Shown here one piece after another: positions 48,196 to 56,285 of a stretch of DNA of 56,285 nt (position 1 is the stretch's first letter; every line of letters begins with the position of its first letter). The stretch covers positions 1 to 56,285 of the forward strand of contig JBJFGS010000027.1 of NCBI GenBank assembly GCA_051892935.1, read 5' to 3'. A program made the position numbers and the translations under genes. The notes below the pieces were generated by a model. It was not told the origin of the DNA and did not search any database. It saw nothing but the letters and a program-made list of their open reading frames with translations. Origin of the DNA: Candidatus Coprovivens sp. (GTDB taxonomy: Bacteria; Bacillota_I; Bacilli_A; RF39; UBA660).

Positions 48196-48477
48196 ATGAG
48201 TAATACAAATTATACTGATACAGCTGTTTATGTAGAAACAGAATCATTAACAGGATGGAGTACAAAAATGAGTGAAATTAATACTGCATCCGAAGAAATT
48301 CTTTCCGAATTTGAATCTTCTGTAGTATCATTAAAAGATGATTGGAAAGGTAATTCTGCTGATGGTTTTGAATCGTCTTTAAATAGTTGTTTAAAATCAG
48401 CAAAATCGAAACATAATGAAATGGGAGACGTTGAAAAATTCTTATTAAAGGTTATTGATACGATGCAAAAGCAATAA
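48196..48477 (+). CDS. WXG100 protein 4 (canonical WKG)
   Basis: 93 aa, central DWKGNSADGF, typical of WXG100. Confidence 0.82.
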   Translation: MSNTNYTDTAVYVETESLTGWSTKMSEINTASEEILSEFESSVVSLKDDWKGNSADGFESSLNSCLKSAKSKHNEMGDVEKFLLKVIDTMQKQ

Positions 48478-48575
48478 TTATTAGTAGGAAATAAATTTTA
48501 TATATTTCCGTTTTATATAAAAAATTAAGGTAATATTGTTAAATATTATGATAAAAAAGAATAGAGGCGTTGTGT

Positions 48576-49610
48576 ATGGGATATAGTAGTATAGCTAGCT
48601 CCATTAGAAATAAAGTAAAAAGTGTGGATACTGCTCTTTCTTCTGTAAAAGGTATTTCTTTTACTGGAGTTTGGAGTGGAGATGCATATAATACACAGTC
48701 TTCTAATTTAAATGATAGTCTTAATAATATAAGTGCTCAAAGAGATTTAGCTATTAAATTGGCTGATGCTCTAGATAAATTACAGCAATATAAAGATAAT
48801 AAAGAAAAGATTGAATCTTTACAAAGTCAGTTAAATAGTTTAGCTAATACTGAAGAAAATGCTTCATTAATTAGTAGTTTGAGAAATCAGATAAGTCAAT
48901 TACAATCGGCTAATAATACATTGCGTTCTGATATCGGTGCAATTGTTAGTGGTTTTTCTTCTGTTAGTACAAAGTATGAAGAAGTGAAGTATGAAGCTAA
49001 TACTGACTATATGGATTATGTTGTTGATTTAGCTGATATGTTAACTTTATTTAATTCTGGTAGTTTAACGAAAATACCTGATAGTGGAAAGAATAGTCTT
49101 TATGATTATTATTCAGAAGAAGAAGTTGATGCCAAGTTAAATGAAATTAGAAGTAAATATTCAGGTCGTGAGGCGGCTGTTAATTGTGCTTTAGGTATAA
49201 TGGAAATGGCAGCTTCTGTTGGTTTAAAACTCGATTATGATTGGGGTGGAGGTCACACCACAGTCACAGATGTTGATCATGTTGCAACTGGAACAGATTG
49301 CAGTGCTTTTGCTTCATGGGCAATAAATCAAGGTGCAAGTTCAACATTTAATACTAAGACTACTGCAGGATTAATAAATGTTGGAACACAAGTTTCATAT
49401 GAAGATGCCCAAAAAGGAGATATTCTTGTATATAATTCTGGTGGTAATGGCCATGTTGTTATGATAGTTGATAATGATCCAGATACACAACAATTCTTAG
49501 TTGTAGAGGCTTCTGGTAGTAATTCTGGAGTTATTATGCAGACTAGATCATATGCATCCTTATCGGGAACATACCAAGCGAGAGATTTATCAAGTATTTA
49601 CAATAATTAA
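48576..49610 (+). CDS. WXG-like N-terminal domain, coiled coil, NlpC/P60 peptidoglycan endopeptidase
   Basis: VWSGDAY; YDWGG...DCSAFASW...GDILV..GHV...EAS catalytic pattern; no signal peptide. Confidence 0.8.
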   Translation: MGYSSIASSIRNKVKSVDTALSSVKGISFTGVWSGDAYNTQSSNLNDSLNNISAQRDLAIKLADALDKLQQYKDNKEKIESLQSQLNSLANTEENASLISSLRNQISQLQSANNTLRSDIGAIVSGFSSVSTKYEEVKYEANTDYMDYVVDLADMLTLFNSGSLTKIPDSGKNSLYDYYSEEEVDAKLNEIRSKYSGREAAVNCALGIMEMAASVGLKLDYDWGGGHTTVTDVDHVATGTDCSAFASWAINQGASSTFNTKTTAGLINVGTQVSYEDAQKGDILVYNSGGNGHVVMIVDNDPDTQQFLVVEASGSNSGVIMQTRSYASLSGTYQARDLSSIYNN

Positions 49611-49634
49611 AGTCTTTTGTAAGACTTTTTTTTT
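49609..49634 (+). terminator. Terminator closing the WXG cluster
   Basis: AAAGTCTT-ttgt-AAGACTTT followed by long T run. Confidence 0.7.
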
Positions 49635-49678
49635 ATATAATGATATAATAATTTTAAGAATAGATAAGGGTGAAGCTT

Positions 49679-51223
49679 ATGAAAAATATCGAAGGATTAT
49701 TAGGTAGACAATTAAATGCGTTATTTAATAAGGACTTTTCTAATACTGAATTTTCTGATGAAGAATTAAATATGGTTAAATCTATAAATATTTCTAAAAG
49801 AGATTTATCATATTTGGAGTTATTTAATAATTTAGAAGAGTTAGAAATAGATTCTTTTCCTTCTGTTAATAATGAAGATATTCTATATATTGGTAGAAAG
49901 CAACCTTTTCTTAAAAAGTTAAAGATTAAGGAGCAAAATGCCTTATTTCTATTAAATTTGTCATTATTTAAAAATTTGGAGGAATTATGTTTAATTCATA
50001 ATGATAATATTATAGATATTTCCGGTTTAAATAGAATAAAAAGATTTACCTTTTATGATAATAAAGATTACAATAATATTAGACAGATTGTTGATTTATT
50101 ACTAAAGAATAAAGATTCTATTATTACTTTAGATATTACTTATTATATTAATATAGTTAAAGTATTATTTGATATGAAAGTTGATATCGATATTTTAAAT
50201 GGTGTTAGTTGGATAGAATCTATTGGCTTAAGAAGATATAATACTTATCAATATTCTAATTCTGAGATAGATTCATTATTTAAATGTATTTCATACATTT
50301 CTTCGAAGTATGTTTATTCTAATGATGATGATATAACTAAGTTTAGTGTATTATATACATGGATGGTTAATAATATTAAATTTATTAATGAGGATGATTC
50401 AGAAGGTGAAAATCTAAGTTTAATTAGTAATGTTAATAAGGTTTTCAGTTATGGAAGAGGTGGCCGATTAACACTTGCTAAAGCTTTTCAGCTATTATTA
50501 AGTTTTGTTGGAATTAAGTCGTCTGTTGTCTATTCAATGGGAGCAAATGAAGTTATTGGATATTACAATGGAGAAAAAGTGTGTTCTTTGCTTGGCGAAT
50601 CTGATTATGCTGTGCTAAGAGTTACTTTAGATAATAAAGATTATTATTGTGATATTGCTTGGGATACATTAATTAACTTTCATGGATTTTTCGAACAATT
50701 AAGGTTTTTCTTATTTTCTAAAACAGAATTAAAAACAAGACATAGATTTGTAGGAGAAGGTAATATTGTTAAAACGTATTCTTATCATGGTGATGATTGT
50801 GATGAAGTAATTAAAAAGGCTAGAGAAAGAATTAAAGAAGTTGATGAGATTTTTTCTGATATAGAGAGATTGGATCCTAAGATATTAGGTAGTGAATTCA
50901 ATATATCTCTAATAAAGATAGATATTAACGATATAAAGAATGAATTAGATAATTTGGAGATAGGATCTCAAGAATATAAAAATAAAATGGCGGAAATGAT
51001 AGATTTAGAAGATAAAATTGATAATATTAGTAATGAATTGATAAGATTTGAAAATAGTAGAGATGGTATAATAAAAAACTATGCTAATTTGTTGCTAAGT
51101 AGATATTTGCCAGGAAATGACAAACTGGATAAACAGAATATTATTGAATTATTGGATAAAAAGAAACATATGTTACTTATTTCTGAATATATTGTTGAAT
51201 TATTAAAAAAATGTTTAAAGTAA
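49679..51223 (+). CDS. LRR, inactive transglutaminase-like domain and coiled-coil protein
   Basis: LxxLxI repeats (FNNLEELEI, FLKKLKI, FKNLEELCL); LYTWMVNNIKF...LAKAFQLLL..GI.S...YYCDIAWD. Confidence 0.65.
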   Translation: MKNIEGLLGRQLNALFNKDFSNTEFSDEELNMVKSINISKRDLSYLELFNNLEELEIDSFPSVNNEDILYIGRKQPFLKKLKIKEQNALFLLNLSLFKNLEELCLIHNDNIIDISGLNRIKRFTFYDNKDYNNIRQIVDLLLKNKDSIITLDITYYINIVKVLFDMKVDIDILNGVSWIESIGLRRYNTYQYSNSEIDSLFKCISYISSKYVYSNDDDITKFSVLYTWMVNNIKFINEDDSEGENLSLISNVNKVFSYGRGGRLTLAKAFQLLLSFVGIKSSVVYSMGANEVIGYYNGEKVCSLLGESDYAVLRVTLDNKDYYCDIAWDTLINFHGFFEQLRFFLFSKTELKTRHRFVGEGNIVKTYSYHGDDCDEVIKKARERIKEVDEIFSDIERLDPKILGSEFNISLIKIDINDIKNELDNLEIGSQEYKNKMAEMIDLEDKIDNISNELIRFENSRDGIIKNYANLLLSRYLPGNDKLDKQNIIELLDKKKHMLLISEYIVELLKKCLK

Positions 51224-51285
51224 AATAGTTGTGCTATTTTATTTTTTTTATGTACTTATGATATAATTAAAATATGGTGGATTAT

Positions 51286-52734
51286 ATGAAGAATATGTTA
51301 ATAAAAATAAGTATAATAATTACTTTAATATTAATTGTTTCTTTGGGTGTTATATATTATTCTAGTGAAAGAGTTATATTAACTATTAATGGTGAAGAAA
51401 AAATTTTTTTGAATCTAGAAGATGAATATAATGAAAAAGGAGTAATTGCTAAGGTATGTAGGTTTAATAAATGTAAAGATATTACTAATCGAGTAAGTAT
51501 TATTGGTAGTATTGATACAAAAGTTATTGGAGATTATATAGTAAAATATGAAATTGAGTATAATAATAAAAAGTATATTCAAGAAAGAACTGTATCTGTT
51601 GTTGATAGTGTTGCACCTATTATTTATTTACAGGGTAGTAAGAATATTCAAATATGTCCTAATGAAGAATATATAGAAGAAGGCATTGTTGCTGTAGATA
51701 ATTATGATGGTGATATAAGTAATAGAGTTGAAGTTAAAGAAAATAATAGTGGTATTTCATATAATGTTGCAGATTCGTCTAATAATATTTCTGAAGATTA
51801 TAGAGTTGTAAATAAAATAGATGTAGAGAAACCTATAATTACATTAAATGGTCCTAAGACGATTAATTTAAAATTGAATGATAAGTATATAGAGTATGGT
51901 GTAATAGTAACGGATAATTGTGATGAGATTTCTCAAGAAAATGTAGTAATAACTAATAATGTAGATACTTCTAAAGAAGGAACTTATAATGTAAACTATT
52001 CTGTAAAAGATAATTCTGGTAATATAGGTACAGTTAATAGGATTGTTGTTGTTAGAAATCCAGTAACATTTGATACGGATGCTAAAGAAGAATATATAGA
52101 AAATCTTGAAAAATATATAAAAGATAAGAATTATAATATTAGTTTGGGATATGTTAATTTAAATACAGGATATACTTATATGTATAACGAAAAGGTAATT
52201 TATTATGGAGCTAGTCTGGTAAAAACCGTTGATGCATTATATGTTTATGAGAAAATGAATTTTGATGAAAATACTAGAAAAAATGTTGAGCAGGCTATTT
52301 CCATTAGTGACAATGATGCTCATAGAATGTTAGTAGATAAAATTGGGATAGAAAACTTAAGAAGTTATGGAAGAAGTATAGGAGCTATTAATTTTTTAAC
52401 TCGTTCAAATAATGATTATTTTGGGAATACTACTGTTAAGGATCAAATTTCTATTTGGAAGCATTTATATAATTTTATAAATACTAGTAATAAAGGTATT
52501 GAGTTGAAAAATTATTTTGTTAATACTTATGCTAATTTTTTATTATTTGACGGAATTCCTATTACTATGCATAAATATGGTTATTATGATGTTTATTATC
52601 ATGATGTTGGAATAGTGTTTTCAGATAATCCTTATATAATAGTTGTTTTGACGAAACATGGTAAGGGAGATTATAAAAATATAGTTAGTGATTTATCTAA
52701 GAAAATATATGAATTGAATAAAATTGATAATTAG
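51286..52734 (+). CDS. Membrane-anchored Ig-like (DUF5011) repeats plus class A beta-lactamase-like serine hydrolase
   Basis: TM; P.I.L.G...Y.E.G..A.DN.D repeats; ASLVK (SxxK), SDN, HKYG. Confidence 0.82.
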   Translation: MKNMLIKISIIITLILIVSLGVIYYSSERVILTINGEEKIFLNLEDEYNEKGVIAKVCRFNKCKDITNRVSIIGSIDTKVIGDYIVKYEIEYNNKKYIQERTVSVVDSVAPIIYLQGSKNIQICPNEEYIEEGIVAVDNYDGDISNRVEVKENNSGISYNVADSSNNISEDYRVVNKIDVEKPIITLNGPKTINLKLNDKYIEYGVIVTDNCDEISQENVVITNNVDTSKEGTYNVNYSVKDNSGNIGTVNRIVVVRNPVTFDTDAKEEYIENLEKYIKDKNYNISLGYVNLNTGYTYMYNEKVIYYGASLVKTVDALYVYEKMNFDENTRKNVEQAISISDNDAHRMLVDKIGIENLRSYGRSIGAINFLTRSNNDYFGNTTVKDQISIWKHLYNFINTSNKGIELKNYFVNTYANFLLFDGIPITMHKYGYYDVYYHDVGIVFSDNPYIIVVLTKHGKGDYKNIVSDLSKKIYELNKIDN

Positions 52735-52747
52735 GTGGGTGTTTATT

Positions 52748-53530
52748 ATGCAAAAGTTTATTGCTCGTAAAGGTTATGTTTTAATAGTAGTGTTGCTTGT
52801 TATAGGTGTAGTATTATTTAATATTAATGAAACTTATAGTGATAAAGGTACTGAACTTAAATATGTACTTTATAATGAAATATTGAGAAATAATACTATT
52901 TTATTAGAAAATGATAGTGATGGTCTTATTTACGATAGTAATGATAATTATTATTATTTTAATGGTAATGTTGAAAATAATTATATTGTGGTAAATAATG
53001 AATTATGGAGGATTGTTGCTATAAACAATGATAGAAGTATAAGGATTATTAAAAATTATGGTATAAGTGATAATAAATTATATACTTTTAATAATGATTA
53101 TACTAATTATAAGTACCAAGAGAGTAATATTATGAATGAATTATTGCTATGGTATGATAATAACTTTATTAATGCTGATAAATATGTTGTTGAAAGCGAG
53201 TATTGTGTTTTATATCAGAGTAATACTTGTTTAGAAAAAAAATATTATAAAGTTGGTTTATTGAATATTGAAGAAGTTATGAGAGCTGGTGGTAGTATAA
53301 GTAACAATGAATCATATTATTTATATAATTATTATGATTGGTGGATTATTAATAATGACTATGATGATGTTATTGATAGTGCTTATGCAGGATTTGTTAA
53401 TTCTTTAGGTAGTATTGATAAAGGATTTGTTGATGAAACTAAAACTATTAGACCAGTTATTAATTTAAAGAAAGATACTTATATTAATGGTATTGGTACG
53501 ATAGATGATCCTTATATAATAGTTAGTTAA
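52748..53530 (+). CDS. Membrane-anchored protein with pilin-like N-terminus and WRI/VGL/RPVI.L/GT..DPY domain
   Basis: RKG-YVLIVVLLVI; NNY...WRIV, KVGLL..E, WW, IRPVINLK, G.GT.DDPY. Confidence 0.65.
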   Translation: MQKFIARKGYVLIVVLLVIGVVLFNINETYSDKGTELKYVLYNEILRNNTILLENDSDGLIYDSNDNYYYFNGNVENNYIVVNNELWRIVAINNDRSIRIIKNYGISDNKLYTFNNDYTNYKYQESNIMNELLLWYDNNFINADKYVVESEYCVLYQSNTCLEKKYYKVGLLNIEEVMRAGGSISNNESYYLYNYYDWWIINNDYDDVIDSAYAGFVNSLGSIDKGFVDETKTIRPVINLKKDTYINGIGTIDDPYIIVS

Positions 53531-53800
53531 AATAGTTTAAAAAAGCAACTTATGTTGTTTTTTTGTTAATAAGAATATATATATTGATATTGTTTATTTT
53601 ATGTTAAAATGACTAACTTTATTATTAAAGAATAATATTTTAAAGTGAGTATACTATTAGATTAATACTTAATAAATCATTTAAAGAATGTGATTATTAT
53701 ATTTTATATTGTATTTTATGTGTAAACTATTTAATTTTAAGATTGACTAAATTTTGAGGTTCATGTTAGCATATTTTTCATTAATTAAAGGGGGAAAAAT

Positions 53801-55855
53801 ATGTTTAAGTTTAATAATTTGTGGAATAAGGTTCCTAGAAAAGGTAAAGCTATATCTTTATTAGCTTTAACTGCTTTGTTAGCATTACCAATATCTAAAT
53901 GCGGTGCTACAACTGGTGAGGCTGTATATTTAGTAGATTTAGAAGATAAATATCAAAACGAAGTTGTATTATTAGATGAAGATGGTAATGAATTAGTAAT
54001 TGACTCTGATGATAGAAGTCAATTGGTTGCAATTGTTGATAGTAAGAGTACTAAAAAAGGTAAAGATTATCCTGTAGTCTTGATTAATGAGGATGGTGAA
54101 TATACTAGGGGTTACATGGATGGTAAATATTTAGATGATGATGTTATTGACTCTGTATCAGTTAAACATGATTTATTTAAAGAAACTAGTGTAGTCATTC
54201 CTGAATCAGGTTTATGGTTGAGAGATAATGAAGATAAAGTTATTGATCATTATACTGATGATGCTTATTTATTAAGTCAAGGTGATAATGTTATGACTTC
54301 TACTATTTATGAGACTTCTAAGGATAACTCATATAAATGGAAAGAAGCTGTATACTATAATAGAGAAGATAATTCTTTAGAGAGAGGTTATTTAGTAGGA
54401 GATTATGTTTATAATTCAAATTATAATCAAATACAAGGAAAGAGATTTGTAGTTTCAAATACTAATGGAGATAATTTAAAATTAAGAAGTGTAGCTTCTA
54501 TTGATTCTGATAAGATAGGAGAATTCCCAGAGGGTACAGAAGTTATTTTATTACCTGGGATATCTTCAGTATCTCATGATAATAGAGATTGGTTTTATGT
54601 AGCTGTACAAACTTCAGAAGGGGTAAAAACTGGTTATATGGCTGCTTCTTGGTATAGAGATGATGAAGTTGTTAGTTACTTAGTTGAAGTTGGAAAAGAA
54701 GAAATAGTAGATGCTAATTCAACTGCTACTAATAAAATTATTATGAAAGTGGTAGATACTAAAAGTGCTAGTTATGTACCTTTAAAATTAAGATCTAAAC
54801 CTACTAAAGATGGAGAGATAATTTCGGAGTTAGATCATGGTACAATTGTTTATACTTATCAAAAATATCTGGATGATGCTGTATCAGCTGATGGATATAA
54901 TTGGGTAAAAGTAAGCTTGACTAATGGAGATGTTGGATACGTTGCTGATACTTATATTAAAGATAGAGTAGAAAATGATAAAGTGGAGATATCTCAATAT
55001 GTAGATATTGTTGATTTTGGAAATGAAGGTAATGTTGAAGGTTACTATGGGATAGATGTTAAGAATACAGCTGATTATAATGGATTTGAAAAACTAATAA
55101 CTGGTAAAATTGATTTTGATTGTGAGTATAATATTGGTAGGAATTTGAGCTCTATGCAAAAACCTCAATTTGTTATTTTTAAATTAGGTGCTTCTTATAC
55201 TAATAGAAGTCATGAAAATGCTGTACTAGTAGATAATGTTTATGTTCAGTTGGATAATTTAAAAAAATTAACAGCTTTATGTGAAAAATATCAAATACCT
55301 TATGGTTTCTATTTTTATTCTCAAGCTACTAGTGAAATAGATGTTCAAACTGAAACAGAGTTTATTAAATATGCCTTAGATGCTGTTGGTGGTTCTACCT
55401 ATAATATTTTACCTTTTGCTTATGATGTTGAAGAATATATATATTATAATGGTCAAAATATTCCTACTAGGGCTAAAGTTTTTGCTGATAATTATGGTAG
55501 ATCAGCTTTAACAGAAATTAGTAATAAATGGATGAATAAAGTAAGAGAAGACAATGGTGTTGATGTTGTAGTTTATGCCGCTCATTCTTGCTTTGGTAAT
55601 ATGATTAAATATAGTGAACTTGATGAAGTTAATCAACAAAATGTTTGGGCAGTAGATCCAAGTAATGTTCATTCAGATTATTTATTGGAATACGATAGTG
55701 TAGTAGAAAATATATCTATGAGACAGATTGCTCTTGATTCAGCTGGTTCTCAAAATATATCTTGGGATGTTGACTTTATTAATAAGGAATATTTAGAAAG
55801 TTTATTAAAAGAAAATGGTTTATTAGAAAGTAATGAACGTGTATTAACACCATAG
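53801..55855 (+). CDS. SH3b-repeat GH25 muramidase (lysozyme-like autolysin)
   Basis: N-terminal hydrophobic segment; three LxLR...W..V...GY SH3b units; GIDV, PYGFYFYSQA, AYDVE (DxE) GH25 motifs. Confidence 0.8.
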   Translation: MFKFNNLWNKVPRKGKAISLLALTALLALPISKCGATTGEAVYLVDLEDKYQNEVVLLDEDGNELVIDSDDRSQLVAIVDSKSTKKGKDYPVVLINEDGEYTRGYMDGKYLDDDVIDSVSVKHDLFKETSVVIPESGLWLRDNEDKVIDHYTDDAYLLSQGDNVMTSTIYETSKDNSYKWKEAVYYNREDNSLERGYLVGDYVYNSNYNQIQGKRFVVSNTNGDNLKLRSVASIDSDKIGEFPEGTEVILLPGISSVSHDNRDWFYVAVQTSEGVKTGYMAASWYRDDEVVSYLVEVGKEEIVDANSTATNKIIMKVVDTKSASYVPLKLRSKPTKDGEIISELDHGTIVYTYQKYLDDAVSADGYNWVKVSLTNGDVGYVADTYIKDRVENDKVEISQYVDIVDFGNEGNVEGYYGIDVKNTADYNGFEKLITGKIDFDCEYNIGRNLSSMQKPQFVIFKLGASYTNRSHENAVLVDNVYVQLDNLKKLTALCEKYQIPYGFYFYSQATSEIDVQTETEFIKYALDAVGGSTYNILPFAYDVEEYIYYNGQNIPTRAKVFADNYGRSALTEISNKWMNKVREDNGVDVVVYAAHSCFGNMIKYSELDEVNQQNVWAVDPSNVHSDYLLEYDSVVENISMRQIALDSAGSQNISWDVDFINKEYLESLLKENGLLESNERVLTP

Positions 55856-56026
55856 AATTAAAAGATATTGTTAAATAATTTAAATACAATATCTTTTTTT
55901 TGATAAAAAGTATTTTTTAGTAAAAATGGTATTTTGGGATGATAATATATATTTTTGTAGTAACTGAAATTATTTTTTTAGTGTCTTAATTTGAATTTAT
56001 ACATAAAATGTATTGAGGTGAACGTT

Positions 56027-56285
56027 ATGAAGAAGGTTGTTATAGATGCTGGACATGGAGGAACAGATGGAGGAGCTACAGGTAATGGTATAGTGGAAAA
56101 GGACTTAACTTTAGAAATCTCTCAATATATACATAATAGGTTAGATGAGTTAGGAATTGAGAATACTCTTATAAGAGAAACAGATGAAACTATTGAACCA
56201 AATGATAGGATTGCAAGAATTGTTGCACCTTATGGGAGTGGTAGTGATGTTATTGTTGTGAGTAATCACATAAATGCGGGAGGTG
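56027..56285 (+). CDS. N-acetylmuramoyl-L-alanine amidase (Amidase_3), runs off window end
   Basis: MKKVVIDAGHGGTDGGA.GNG..EKD...SNHINAGG; RBS GAGGTG; not in the ORF track. Confidence 0.9.
   Translation, partial: MKKVVIDAGHGGTDGGATGNGIVEKDLTLEISQYIHNRLDELGIENTLIRETDETIEPNDRIARIVAPYGSGSDVIVVSNHINAGG

Noticed and set aside
51286-52734. Bona fide beta-lactam resistance gene
   Set aside because: KYG instead of KTG and fusion to TM and Ig-like repeats suggest a wall-acting serine hydrolase; activity cannot be inferred
44536-56285. Prophage lysis or tail module
   Set aside because: No integrase, terminase, capsid, tail or holin genes; genes have individual sigma-A-like promoters and host-like composition

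Overview
Origin-proximal chromosomal segment of a very AT-rich, apparently genome-reduced, spore-forming Firmicute. An RF39-like Bacilli lineage is inferred from gene content and composition; translation uses the standard code 11. Nearly all genes lie on the + strand. The first ~33 kb is a compressed version of the Bacillus gyrB-gyrA-tadA-dnaX-recR-holB-metG-tatD-rsmA-yabG-spoVG-yabPQ-divIC ... ecfAAT-truA-rplM-rpsI backbone. It carries three parS sites, Noc-binding-site (NBS)-like palindromes, a minimal SRP RNA, a Met T-box and a strongly degenerate ECF module. The most striking part is 44.5-49.6 kb, a type VII secretion-substrate-like cluster. It holds four small, divergent WXG100 genes arranged as two pairs, flanked by three signal-peptide-less peptidoglycan hydrolases with WXG-like N-terminal domains: two SleB/Hydrolase_2 paralogs (one with an extra 3D/DPBB-like domain) and one NlpC/P60. 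Three promoters in the cluster share an exactly spaced TTTATGTAA box. Downstream are an LRR/inactive-transglutaminase protein and further wall-acting enzymes (serine beta-lactamase-like, SH3b-GH25, amidase). No T7SS machinery gene (EssC/FtsK) is visible in the window. All domain calls come from motif recognition by eye, not from database searches.
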